This document shows positions 48,490 to 60,744 of a stretch of DNA of 64,000 bases, one piece after another. A model generated the notes under the pieces. The model was not told the DNA's origin, made no database searches, and saw only the letters and a list, made by a program, of their open reading frames with translations. Within the stretch, counting starts at the first letter, position 1. Each line of letters begins with the position of its first letter. A program made the translations under genes and the position numbers. This DNA is from Biomphalaria pfeifferi (lineage: Eukaryota): positions 169,822-233,821 of the forward strand of contig JASAOG010000245.1 in NCBI GenBank assembly GCA_030265305.1, read 5' to 3'.

Positions 48490-49000
48490 TGGCTGCCTAT
48501 CGTGCGGTATGCGCGCTGGACTGTCATTCGGTTGTCCGGATGGTCCCGGGTTCAAACCCTTCCCGCTGTCATCCCGCGTCTTCCTACGGGAGGTTCGGAC
48601 TAAGAAGGAACATCTGAAGCATACAAAACATTTCTACAAACAAAACAAAGACTCAAAAGTAAAGTAGCAATAATGCATAAAACAGTGAACCATAACTTAC
48701 AAATACAAACATACTACCTGATAAAATACTCAGACACAAAGATAAAAGCACATTTCTTATCCCATTTGCTTCGACGAATTCATACAAGAGCTTCGTCTTC
48801 CCTAGTACCATTAGAACACGAAAGGGATTGCCAGAATCAGCCTTGAAAACTCAGCAGAGTTGAAGTCTTTTATTAACATGCATATCTAATATAATACATG
48901 GATATGCGTAGGGTGTAATTTTTTTTTCTAAGGCAATTCTGAGGTAATTTATAAGATAAGATAAAATAACATAAGATAAGATGACATAGTGAGAAAAAGA
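48490..49000 (+). mobile_element. SINE family B copy (48490-48645) fused to a diverged LINE-A 3' tail (48650-49000)
   Basis: The SINE reads GGCTGCCTATCGTGCGGTATGCGCGCTGGACTGTCATTCGG... It is followed by GACTCAAAAGTAAAGTAGCAATAATGCATAAAACAGTGAACCATAAC...TTAACATGCATAT... and an ataagataag tail. Confidence 0.65.
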
Positions 49001-49029
49001 GCTCGTTAAAAAAGAAAATGTTGACAAAG

Positions 49030-49545
49030 TTCAGTTCCTCTTTAATAAACGCTTTAGTTCCTCTTTAATAAACGCTTTAGTTCCTCTTTAATAAACGCTT
49101 TAGCTCCTCTTTAATAAACGCTTTTGTTCCTCTTTAATAAACGCTTTAGCTCCTCTTTAATAAGCGATTTAGTTCCTCTTTAATAAGCGCTTTAGTTCCT
49201 CTTTAATAAACGCTTTAGTTCCTCTTTAATAAGCGCTTTAGTTCCTCTTTAATAAGCGCTTTAGTTCCTCTTTAATAAGCACTTTAGTTCCTCTTTTAAA
49301 AACGCTTTAGTTCCGCTTAAATAAACGCTTTAGTTCTTCTTTAATAAACGCTTTAGTTCCTTTTTAATAAGCGCTTTAGTTCCTCTTTAATAAGCGTTTT
49401 AGTTCTTCTTTAATAAACGCTTTAGTTCCTTTTTAATAAGCGCTTTAGTTCCTTTTTAATAAGCGTTTTAGTTCTTCTTTAATAAGCGCTTTAGTTCCTC
49501 TTTAATAAACGCTTTAGTTCTTCTTTAATAAACGCTCTGTTTCCT
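49030..49545. repeat. 23-bp minisatellite (TTCCTCTTTAATAAACGCTTTAG), about 22 units
   Basis: Contiguous units with point variants such as AAGCGCTTTAG and AAACGCTTTTG. Confidence 0.95.
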
Positions 49546-50932
49546 CATAGACAAACGCTCTGCATTTTGTGTACTATACATATCCCCCCCCTCCCCCCCA
49601 TTCCTTCTGAAATTAAGGTTATTACACCCTGACCAAGACTGGCCGAAGGACGACGGAGATGACGGCGGTCAGGATTCAAACCCGCAACCCTCGAGACAAC
49701 AGCTTACCCATACGTTCAGGTAGGTATGCAAAAAAAGACTAGACGAAAATGACATGTTTAAACACGTGACTAATGTGCAGTTATCTGCGATCCCATGAGC
49801 CCCCTAGTAGGTCCACGTGTGCTTGTTTAATTGGAACTTTATTTGAATCACATCATTTGCCCCGTTGAACACAAATTCTAGATACTATGTGCCACAGTCT
49901 CAGTGGACAATTGGCCTGATCTAAAGTTCACGTCATGTTAAGAGGTTAAAAGACACGTGGAATTACTGATGTAGAGAACAGGAAGTAGAATGACTAAAGT
50001 TGACTTTGAAGTCAGTCAGTCAAGTCAGTCAGTTCAGTCAGGGCAGTCAGAAAGAGTCCTCTGAACGAGGTAGTTATGTATTATCCTAGTAGTAGAGACT
50101 TGGTTAGTCGAGTAGTAACTTTGAGTCAAGTAGTATCTTCTGGTCCAGTACGGACTTAAGTATTTTTCTCTGGATTTAGAGAGTAATTTAGTAACTGCCA
50201 AGTTTATTGTTTCCCTCTGTGTTGCGGACGTTACTTGTGATTCATTCTGTAACTAATCGTCTTGGATATTCAATACCGCTGTTATGCGGATGTAATTATG
50301 TTTCACATCGGAAGTCTTCATGTAAGGTGCAGTTTTGTTATTATCGTCATTATATAAACATTATATTTGTCTGCCGAAGAGAACTTGAGTAAATCTGTAA
50401 TGTCTGTGTCTGTCACGTGTGACTCCAGGAAGCACGAACCCAGCAGTTTACGACATTCGCGACTCACAAATAGTAACCAGCCTCATGGGTAATAGTATAC
50501 TAATACGTCAACGCACAATTGAACTTTTTGTACTATACTCTCAAATTGAAAATAAATAATAAATGTTGGTCAAATAGAATGTTACGAGAAAAGATTACCA
50601 AATAAAAAATGCTTTCAAAAATTTGCATTTTAGAAAATAAATAAATAATTTTTTTCCTAACGAATGAAAGTCTAGAAATAGTCTAGCTCTGTACTCTAGG
50701 TCCAGGATATATGTGTTCCTTAAATATCCATAGGCTATACTAGTACTCCTAATTGGTTAATGCTTAACTCATCGCTATAGTATCAAACATATTGTTTCAT
50801 ACTAATTAAAGGTAATTAAAGGTTATATAGCGCCTGGTTTGGTCTTCGTGTCACCTCTGTTACGCCGTTCTCCTCTAAGCTCGCCGTAATTGATCGCATT
50901 TGGTATTGGTCATCGCGAAACAGGTGTCTGAC

Positions 50933-51111
50933 CTGGGGCGAAGCTAGGAATTAGCCATCATTTGGGGCCCGGAGGGCTTGACCTCTTATGGGTATCCTGC
51001 ATTTTGCGTAATATTTAATATTTAATGTAAAAAAACAACTCATTTGGGGCCCCCCTCATGTGGGGATCCGGGGGGATTTTGAAATTCTCCCCCACCCTAG
51101 CTTCGCCACTG
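50933..51111. mobile_element. hAT-like MITE, same family as 1422-1612
   Basis: Ends are CTGGGGCGAAGCTAGG and CCTAGCTTCGCCACTG. 8-bp flanks are TGTCTGAC and TGTCTGGC, matching 7 of 8. ORF 51060..51347 starts inside it. Confidence 0.7.
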
Positions 51112-53204
51112 TGTCTGGCCCAGCAAGGCTGTCGAATGGTAAGTCGTACTTTTTTTTACTGCTAAACCGGCATCCTTGGAGTATGTCTATTTATAAGGTA
51201 GTACTTTTTTATTGTTACACCGGCATCCAGAAGAGTACGGCTATTCATAAGGTTATCTCGCCAGCAAATATGCCAATTGTGTGTCGAACCAAGGCCGCCG
51301 CTACCTATTGTGCAATGTGTGCATTGCACGCAGGCGGCCGAATGTAAGGGACGGCCAAATCATTTCCAAGAATAATTTTTCTTTAAATTTTTGTAGACTG
51401 CTTTTTGCGATGCGCTTGTGCAACAATATGGGTCAAAACGTTTTCAAGAAAACATTTTAAAACGTCTCCGCTAGTGCGATTCTTCTGAATTTTTTTTGTC
51501 TCAGAATAGTCGAATTTCTTCCGCCTATTGCACTTTATAATAGTGACGACTTTTGTGTGACAAAAAATCTCCGCGATACAGAATATTGTTAAAAAGCTTA
51601 CGCCCATTACAGACGTACGTACGCAATATGTAGCCTACCTAGAATGTCCCTCGCATAAAACTATTGGCCAGGGCTGCCCCTTTATTATTAGATTTAATAT
51701 GGCCCTCGATTTTTTTTATTAGGATGAACAGTGCGTTCTGAAAGAAAACACATCGATATTAGCCTTTTAAAAATCATCTCTTCTTACTAAGAGAAAAAGG
51801 CCAGAATACGCTTAGCGCCGAGTCCCGCCCGGAATCAAAACCTTTTGCCGACTTGAGCGAAAACCTGCCGCATCTTCGATGCTATCTCCATGAAGAAACT
51901 TTTACAACGCTTACAATTTAAGTAGGCCACACTATTCCGGAAAAAAAAAACCTGACCATAGACCTATTATATATTGGTTTGTGAAACTGACTCATTATAA
52001 TGAAATTTCATTACCTAAATTTGGATTCTATACATAGTGTTAAAAATATAAATGAAAAATAAAACCAAAAAGGTGTGTTATAATTAAAACATAGTTTCCT
52101 TTCTTTTTCATTACATTCTTTACAAAATAAAATGCAAAGATAAAATTGAAAATAAAACATCTTAGAGGGAATGGGGATACGACAACAATGCGAATATGAA
52201 AAGAAAAAAGGAATGGTACAAAAATGGATTTAAATCAAAGAGCGCTTTAAGTACAGTGTCCAGCTCTGTCTTAATGAATTTTTTTTCTAAAATAAAAAGA
52301 GAGGGGGGGGGGCGGCATTTTTTAACTTCGCACGCAGGCGGCCACAACCCTCGCGGCGGCCCCTGTGTCGAACGTACCTTTGATGGAAGCATTCGATAAT
52401 TAATTTTTAATGTTTCTATTGTGCGCGAACGTTACGCAGTGTTGCCAGGATACTAAAGACAGCCATAGCGCTCCTATATTCTGTTTCAAAGAGTCGGTGG
52501 TCCTCATTGCAATTCAAACACAAATAAAAATAGAACAAAAAAAAAAAAAATCCTTTTAAAAAAAAAAAAAAAAAAAAAAAAACCTAGAAGGGAATAACTC
52601 CGCCCTAAAAACTAGATATCTATCAGTAATGTACAAGTTATTTCCCCCTTTTTAATATCCAACAAAATAATAAATTAGCAATAATTAATGGACAAATTAT
52701 GCGCATTTTTAATTGATTCGTGTTGTTGTTGTTGTTTTGTTAGGTACAATAAATAATTGTGTAACAAAAGCGTTAAAAATTATTTAAAGGGACAAAACCC
52801 AACAGTTTTAGCCATGTCTGCGAATACTTAATGAGTACTTTCCTTTGTTGGTATCAAACGGAATAATTAATTACCAGTAATTAATTGAAAAATCGGGGTT
52901 TTTTTTTGTTTTTTTTAGTGATTCTGTCTTGTCTTTGCCAATGAAAAAATGTGCGAAGTTTCAACTTAATTTGAAAATGGGTGTGGGTGAAATGACTTTC
53001 AAATATTATACTTTTTACCAGAAGACAGACAGGCAGACAGAGTGAGTTGATTAACATATATGTTAATATATTATCTAAGAGGAAGAAATCCACATTTACA
53101 GCTATATATCTCAATAATGTAGAATTTATGTCCCTTTTTGGTATCACACAAAATAACTAATTAATAGATTAATTGGTTAATTTTTTTTATTGATTCGTAC
53201 TTTG

Positions 53205-53420
53205 TTAGGTCTTACCTTTACCTTTACCTATCCCTTAGTCTATTGGACCGATGGGGCATCATGCAAGACTCGTCCACCGTCTTTCTCCATTCCTCTCTGC
53301 CTTTTGCCTTAGTTAGAACCTCTTTCAATGGCAGGCCCGTCCATTCTTTTATGTTGTCCTCCCATCGCTTTCTCTGTCTGCCTCTTCTTTTAACCTGGTA
53401 CTTTGTTAGGTGCAATAATA
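53205..53420 (-). mobile_element. LINE-B (RTE/BovB-like) 3' tail fragment
   Basis: Minus ORF ...RRGRQRKRWEDNIKEWTGLPLKEVLTKAKGREEWRKTV... The plus strand is preceded by a (TACCTT)n simple-repeat tail. Same as the 3' end of the 58790-59900 copy. Confidence 0.7.
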
Positions 53421-53699
53421 AGAATTGCGCAAAGTTTCAACTTGATCCGAGAATGGGAAGTGGGAGATATAGCGTGTTTAGAATTTGTACAAAACAGGCG
53501 GAAGTGAGATTTGTAAAATGGTAGTAATAAGATTTATAGTGGTGTGGAGGCTGTTTAGAAAAGAGCATGGCTTCAGAACCGGAAGCTCAAGTCTTTGAAA
53601 AGATAAGAAAAGCAAAAAAATGGGATTATGAATATCGGAATTTTTTTTTTTTTTTTTTTTTTTGGACTCCCAACTCTAACTGGTAAATGAGTGAAGTTC

Positions 53700-53964
53700 C
53701 CCTTGCAGACCTTGTGGCCTATAGAGCACATGATGTAAAGGTCATCTGTTTCTGTGGCCTACGGTTTACGAGGGTGTCAGTTGGCCCACACAACGACCAA
53801 CCGCCTTTACTTTTCCCCAACTAATGTCAGGTACCCATTAGAGCTGGGTGGACTCAGAGGCGCCCAAAGATTTCGAAATTTTAAAATACCAGTCTTCACC
53901 AGGATTCGAGCCTGGAACCCCTGTTTAGACGCCTAGCGCTCTACCGCTCAGCCACCGCGCCTCC
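53700..53964 (-). mobile_element. SINE family A, minus orientation; a partial plus-orientation tail copy abuts it at 53965-54072
   Basis: Reverse complement starts GGAGGCGCGGTGGCTGAGCGGTAGAGCGCTAGGCGTCTAAACAGGGGTTCCAGGCTCGAATCC. ORF 53754..53936 lies inside it. Confidence 0.8.
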
Positions 53965-54129
53965 AAGGTCGTCGTCTCAGGTACATGTCAATTTCGTTAA
54001 CCATCGGCCATAGAAACAGATATGCTGTACATCATCTGACCCAATAGGTCGCAAGGTCTGCAAAGAGAACCTTTGCCTTCTGCTTGCTAAGGGTTATAGG
54101 TATTGCTATCACACAAATACGCGTCTTTG

Positions 54130-54360
54130 CCTTAGGGGGCGAAGAGGGAGGATTTGTAACATACACTACTGTTTCGGCAAAGATCTAAGGCAGTGATTTT
54201 CAAACTGAGGGAGGATTTGTAACATACACTACTGTTTCGGCAAAGATCTAAGGCAGTGATTCTCAAACTGAGGGAGGATTTGTAACATACACTACTGTTT
54301 CGGCAAAGATCCAAGGCAGTGATTCTCAAACTGTGGTACGCGTACTTCCAGGGGGTCCGC
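54130..54360. repeat. Triplicated about 57-bp unit containing the CAGTGATTCTCAAACTG hAT-type TIR motif
   Basis: Three tandem copies of GGGAGGATTTGTAACATACACTACTGTTTCGGCAAAGATCTAAGGCAGTGATTCTCAAACTGA. ORF 54132..54371 is an artefact. Confidence 0.85.
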
Positions 54361-54558
54361 AAGACGAGCATAGGTGGTCTACAGAAAGGTGAAAATTATA
54401 TATAATAAAAAGTTTTTAAAAAATTCTTCGCTTAAAGCAAGTTTATCCAATCGAATAATTTTAGTCGAAATCAACTTCCCTCTAACTACTGTTTAGTGTC
54501 TATTACTTACTATTGTATAACGACCAAATCCAAAGATATTCCCCACTGATATTGAACC

Positions 54559-54680
54559 AAGTGGCGTAGCTAGGAGGGAGAGAATTTGAAAATTAAATAT
54601 TACGCAAAATGCAGGGTCCCCAAAGAGTTCAAACCCCTGGCACCACCCCAATCGATGGAAAATTCCTAGCTATGCCCCTG
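54559..54680. mobile_element. hAT-like MITE, same family as 1422-1612, short copy
   Basis: AAGTGGCGTAGCTAGG...CCTAGCTATGCCCCTG with a perfect 8-bp TSD, ATTGAACC, at 54551-54558 and 54681-54688. Confidence 0.8.
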
Positions 54681-55294
54681 ATTGAACCCTTAGCGCGTGA
54701 ACAAGCTCAGGCCCCCAATGAATACATTCTAATACATGAGCATGTTTTTGAAATATCCTCAAACGAAGAACTTAAACCGATTTCGGAACAAGGATAAAAC
54801 AAAGGCCGGTGACAAAAACATTTAAATTTTATAGTCTGTAATAAAGGCCATTGTACAGAAGTTGTTTGGCTGCTTCCTCGTCGTTTTGGTACAACATGCC
54901 GTAATGAACAGAAATGTGCCGTTTTTTAAATGTGCGGTGGTTGAAATGTGCGGTTTTTACTTACAAACATTGAGCCGCACATAGCCTAAATACACTCATA
55001 AAATATCAACCTCATCACTTTTTTTTTCACATTTTATTTGACACAAAAGTTATAATCCCAATGAACACTCGATTTGTAACTTAAATACCATGTATTTATG
55101 TAGCTTTTTCATTTAAGGTTTCGTGGGGTGCTATCATTAATAATTTAAGGGGGTCCCATTATCAAAAAAGTTTGAGAACCTTTAACCTAAGGAACCTTCA
55201 TGCCTAGTTTCATAATGTCTGGTCAAATGGTGCTGATGAGGAGCATATATGTACCTTATATTTTATATTATATTAAATATTAGATAATTGGAGC

Positions 55295-55944
55295 CAGCGA
55301 CGGTCTTAGGCCACTGCAACCTATGCGGCTGTAGTGGGCCCCGCACTTTCAAAAGCCCCACGCGATGCGAATTCTATGTGTAAATTATTAAATTAAACTA
55401 TGTTAACTTATTATGAAAGGGATCCTGGAATTCTCCTGAAATTATTAAAATCTTCTGAAAACTCTTGCAAATCTTGAAACAGACAAAGATGTCATTTCGG
55501 GTGTCATTCAATATGGAAAACGCCAATCCTACTCGCGATGAAATAAAAACGGCATTGTCAGCTTTTATTCAATAAAAGTCCAATAATAAACCGAATTTTA
55601 TATAAAACAAGAAGTTCAAATGCTTAATTTACTTCAATAGTTACTGGCATACAAATACAGATCTAGATCTATCTCGACTTCTTTTTTGCGAGTCGATAGT
55701 AAATTTAAAAGACAGATCTCAATGTTTATCAGCTTTTTGTTGGAAAACTACTATCTACTGTAGATGGCTCGTAAAGTTATTTTTACTGTGATTTTGTACT
55801 TATTAAAATATTAATAAAATGCAAAGACGAATTTATTTTCTAAAACAAAATCTTAATTTTTACTTATTATCCTTATCACAACCCAAATTAGGCCCCGCGC
55901 AATCAATTTCGCATAGGGCCCCGCAACCTGTAGAACCGGCCCTG
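55295..55944. mobile_element. Non-autonomous hAT-like element, same family as 23365-24029
   Basis: The right end is AACCGGCCCTG. 8-bp flanks are ATTGGAGC and ATTGGGGC, matching 7 of 8. The subterminal GCCACTGCAACCTATGCGGCTGTAGTGGGCCCCGCAC is shared with 23365-24029. No ORF. Confidence 0.6.
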
Positions 55945-56329
55945 ATTGGGGCTCACAATGTCACAGTGAATCGCTTTACAGAAAATCTAAATACTTACCC
56001 TGAGATCTTCTCCTTTCTCCATCGAAAATAAAGAAAACAGAGGTCAAGGTGAAAGGTTCCGCTTGAGTGCAACTTAGAACCAAAATCAATTATTTGATTC
56101 AAAAGACAAAAGTTGTCTTACTTGGCCCATGTGACAACATGAAGCAATTTTTTACTTGGTAAATGCCTCTCGTTTTGGCTATGACTTTGCATGCAACAAA
56201 GAAGTTAACTGAAAATGAATTCCACTCTTGACCTTCGCGTCTGCTTCAGAAATTACCGCGCGCTCGACTCACTGTTTCATCGATTTTTTTTTTCTTTTAA
56301 GGAGACTGTGTGTTTGCGCGCGTGTGGGG

Positions 56330-56376
56330 TGTAAATAGCCTGCGCGCGACTCTCTCCATTTCTCCCCTCTCAATCA

Positions 56377-56418
<42 letters not shown>

Positions 56419-56600
56419 GTGTCTCAGTCTGTCTCTTTCTATATCTCATTGTATCTATCTGTCTCTCTTTGTCTCTCCAACTGTCTCTGTCTCTCCACTG
56501 TCTCTTTCTTTTTCTCTCACTGTCTCTCTGTCGCTATATCGGTCTCATTTTTCTCTCTATCTTTATATATATATATTAATAGTAATAATAATAATAATAA
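56330..56600. repeat. (CT)n / CTCTGT low-complexity tract followed by (AAT)n
   Basis: ORFs 56310..56579 and 56419..56631 are artefacts. An adjacent 80-bp tandem duplication is at 56745-56900. Confidence 0.9.
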
Positions 56601-57329
56601 TAAGGCTTGTCTTCGAGTATATAAGGATTAAAGCCGCATTTATTTATTTTTTTGCGTTTTGTCTGTCAGTCATATGGAAAAAAAGCAACTAAAAGCTATT
56701 GAAAATTTGATTAACCTTTAATTTTCCTTCATCAGTGAGGTTCGGGGCGAAGCCCCGACGCCAAAAGCGTTTTCTTGCATTCTTCATTGCAGTTACGCAT
56801 TCTCCTGACATCTACAGCTTATCGTTCATCAGTGAGCCCCGACGCCAAAAGCGTTTTCTTGCATTCATCACTGAAGAAGCGCAATCTCCTGATCTAAAGC
56901 GCATTATTCGTCGTATTATAAAGGACCTTTTGAATAATGTTGAAAAATATTCTAATATGAATTTATAGGCCCTTAATACATTGCAAATAAAACCGATTTG
57001 TTCCTTTAAAAGATAAGATACCCCACATATTTAGATTAAGGCTTTGAGGATCGCAGCCGAAAAAAAAAATTTCGAAAAAAAAAATTCAATAAAATTCAAG
57101 CATACATTGTGAGTTATAGTCCCAAATTTATTTAGCTAGTAAAATATCAGATTGAGTAAAGGTTGGAAAAAGGCGACTAGGAAAAGATTATCTGGGTTTA
57201 GAACTCATCTCAATCGTGACTCTTTTACTGAAAAATTTCATTTGAATTATAACTTTTCCAAAGCAAAGTCTTTCTTAAAATAATTATGATAAATTCATGT
57301 GAAATTACATAAACTCTGTCTGGAAAGGG

Positions 57330-58370
57330 GAGGGGCGGTATAGTGAAAAAGATTATTCCTCGCTCCTTTTTATAATTTCTGCTAAGGATTGCATTTGCAT
57401 TAAAGAATAGGGGGGGGGGGGGGCGACTCGATATAACAATTTAATTTATAGCATATATGAATTATATTAGTGACAGATTTTTTTTATTTTGTAATTTCTA
57501 AACTAAAATACAAAAAAGTATTGGTTTGTCCGATGGGGGGAAGGTGATAGCATGTATTGTCCCTCCCACCTGGTACAACCTTTTTTCATTTTATATTTAC
57601 TAATCTTAGAGCTTAGAGTGTGGTGCGACATAATCTACAATGGGTTCACATATCAATACGTAGTTTATATTATATAGATATTCTACTAATTTTGTTCACA
57701 TACTATTATTTCTCCATTAAAATAGGACCGCCCCCCCCCCCCCATTCAGAGGGCTAGAGTGGGAAGGGCAGATGAAGCAATCATCCCCCCCACTCACCGA
57801 ATCGTCAAAGATACCAGAAGTATAGCGACATAATATAAAAATTATATTGTAATTCAACTAATTTTGTTCACAAACTATGATTTCTAAATAAAAGTAGGAC
57901 CTCCCCCCACTCAAAGGGTTTAGGTTGGAAGTGCAGTAGTTGTATTGGCCCCCCCCCCCCCCACCCAATCAGCTAACAGGGGAACGACATAATATAAAGA
58001 TAGGTTAAAATATCAATAACAAGTTTTAATCATATAGATATTTAATTGATTCTGTTAGAAAGCTGTGATTTCTACAAATAAATTGGACCGCCCCCCCCCA
58101 CTCGAAAGTTTATTGGGGGAAGCGGGATTGATGCCATCGCCCCCTCCCGACCCCACCATATCGGCCAACATACTAGGGGGGGAGAAATAATCTATAATAG
58201 TTTGAAATATAAATAATTAGTATATATTATTAATATAAGTAATAAATTCGTATACAAATTGTGTGAATTCTATGCTAAAATTGGTCCACCCCCCCTTCGG
58301 GAGGGTCGGCCTAGTGGGGGTGGGGGGTCGATCGCCCTTACCGCCCCCCCCCCCTCCCATGGATCCGCCA
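57330..58370. repeat. About 185-bp tandem repeat, about 5 units, each with poly-C/G tracts
   Basis: Recurrent ...GGACCGCCCCCCCC...CTCAAAGGGTTTAGGTTGGAAG...ATCGCCCCC...CGACATAATATAAA...TTGTTCACAAACTATGATTTCTA... blocks. ORF 58217..58456 is an artefact. Confidence 0.8.
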
Positions 58371-58789
58371 GTGCTCTTGAGACTTAAAATGCCATAAAAT
58401 GTCACAGATGACGATTGGTCTGGCGTATGGATATTTCTTGCCTTCTTCCAGCACACTAGCTCTCTTCAGCAGCTAGAGTGTGTGTATTTGTGTTTATGTG
58501 TGTTTATGTGTTTGTATGTGTGTTGAGTGTTTTTTTTTTTAGTAAAGAATTTTGACAAGCAACAATTGGCACGTATAAATTATTCTCTTCTGCTAATCAA
58601 AAGAGAATAAAATGGCAACCGCGATCAAAGGGCAGCAACCTTGTCGACGTTCTTTATAGCGGTAGTTACTACGCAAGAAATAAAATTCTTTCCCTTACGT
58701 CAATAAATGAATTAAATCAAGTACTTAAACGTGGAATTCTGTTTCAGAGGCGTAGCGAGCTAGGGCGACAAGTTGGCGGCGTAATTTTT

Positions 58790-59900
58790 TTTTTACCTTT
58801 ACCTATCCCTTAGTCTGTTGGACCGTTGGGGCACCAGACAAGACTTGTCGACCGTCTTTCTCCATTCCTCCCTTTTTTTTTTTTTTTTTTTTTGCCTTCT
58901 TTAGAACCTCTCTCAGTGGCAGGCCCGTCCATTCTTTAATGTCCTCCCATCGCTTTTTCTGTCTGCCTCTTCTTCCCTGGCACTGTTCCCTGAAGGAAGG
59001 TCCTTGCGAGCCCCGTAGATCTTGTAATGTGGCCATGGGTTTTAAGCTTTCGTCTTTTTACAATAGTTAGCAGGTCGTCATGTGCTCCGATCGCTGCAGT
59101 AACCCTGACTCTGATTTCTTGGTTTGTGATGCGGTCTTTGAAGGTGATGCCTAGGATCCTTCTGTAGCATCTCAATTCCTCCTCTCTAGCTCTGCATTCA
59201 ACGTCCACGACTCGCAAGCATATAAAAATGTGGCCATGACTAGGGAGCGCATGAGTCTGATTTTGGTGCTGAGGGCTAAGCCCTTGTCTTTTCATATTAT
59301 TTTAAGTTTTGAAAGGGCTGCTGTGGACTGTGCTATTCGGGCCAATAGTTCGGGTTTTGTTCCCTCATCTGAGACAATAGCTCCGAGGTATTTGAAGCTG
59401 TTAACACTAGTTAGCTTTTCACCTCCAATACTGATGCCTCTTTTAAAGCCCTGATGGCTATTTGTCATAATTTGGGTTTTTTCGACATTTATTTGCATGC
59501 CATCTGCTGCGGAAGTCTTGTCAATGCGCATCACCAGGTCAGCTAGTTCTTCTTCTGCCCCTGCTAGGCCGTCAATGTCATCTGCGAAGCGCAAGTTAGT
59601 AATTCTTCTTCCTCCAATGCTAACAGTACCTTCATAGCCCTCGAGAGCATCTTCCATTATCCTTTCAAGGAAGATATTGAAGAGTGTTGGTGAAAGTAGG
59701 CAGCCTTTGTCTTACTCCAACTGTGGTTTTGAACCAGTCCCCAATATTATTGTTGAAGTACACCGCACTGGTGGCATCCTTAAAGAGGTTCTGGATAACT
59801 TTAATTATGTTTTTATTAATGTTGTACTTTTCCATTGTTGTAATACCACAGAGAAAAAAAAATAAGATCCATCCACTTTTCCTGGTAGATTCTAAGTTCA
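58790..59900 (-). mobile_element. LINE-B (RTE/BovB-like) non-LTR retrotransposon, RT C-terminal region plus 3' end, decayed
   Basis: The minus ORFs carry ...RFADDIDGLAGAEEEL... (the FADD RT motif), ...CYRRILGITFKDRITNQEIR...AAIGAHDDLLTIVKRRKLK..HGHITRSTGLA..ILQGTVPGKKR and ...GRRGRQKKRWEDIKEWTGLPL. On the plus strand the element is preceded by a poly-T plus (ACCTTT)n tail. Confidence 0.8.
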
Positions 59901-60744
59901 GAGTCCATTTGTAGTTTCTTGATGGAATGCCAAAGTGGTAATCTCTGAGCTATTCGGGTAATTTATTGACTTACTTATTTACCTGTATATGTTTTCACTG
60001 TTAATATTGAAAGGGAGGTAAGTGTTAAAAAATCATACTTTCTAAGGGAAGCTATTTCAGGATTTAAATTATTTTTACTAACTTTTAATAAATTGTTTTA
60101 CGCCTTAAAAATATTAATACATATATATATATATATATAATACCTTTATTAACATTTTCAAATATTTTAAAGATTTTAACGTTTGAAAGAAAGTTTTACA
60201 CATTATGTATTATTTAGTATTACCCATTACATCACACCTCATTTGAAATATTAATTTAGTTTATATAAGCTTTAAATGTTTGAATTTTCAGTGCAGATGA
60301 TAATAATTGACCGTACATAAAAAATATTTTTGACTGGGTTAATTACCCTACACAAAGAAAAAAACACATTAAACCGTGTCACACATAATTCTCCTTATGT
60401 ATTAGATCTAAATCCAGCAGGATCATAACACAATATTACTAATATGAAAGTTTATGTACGCACAAATCCACTGGATATGTACACGATTGTGTAAGAGCAA
60501 GTTGGGTTTGTGCTCTTCTTACTTTGGTTATTACAATTTCTTTGGATTTACTGTGTTTTGTTAAATTTTCCTTGGATTACATGTGTTTCCGTGAGGAGTG
60601 TGTTGTTTTGGTTTACATTTTATTCCCTTTTCTACCATGTCTCTAAAAAACCCAAACGAAAACGTAAAAAACTGAAAGATATTAATTTGATTTTGTTAGC
60701 AGAGTATAGGATACTTAGGTTATATGGAACATGTATTTAAAAGT

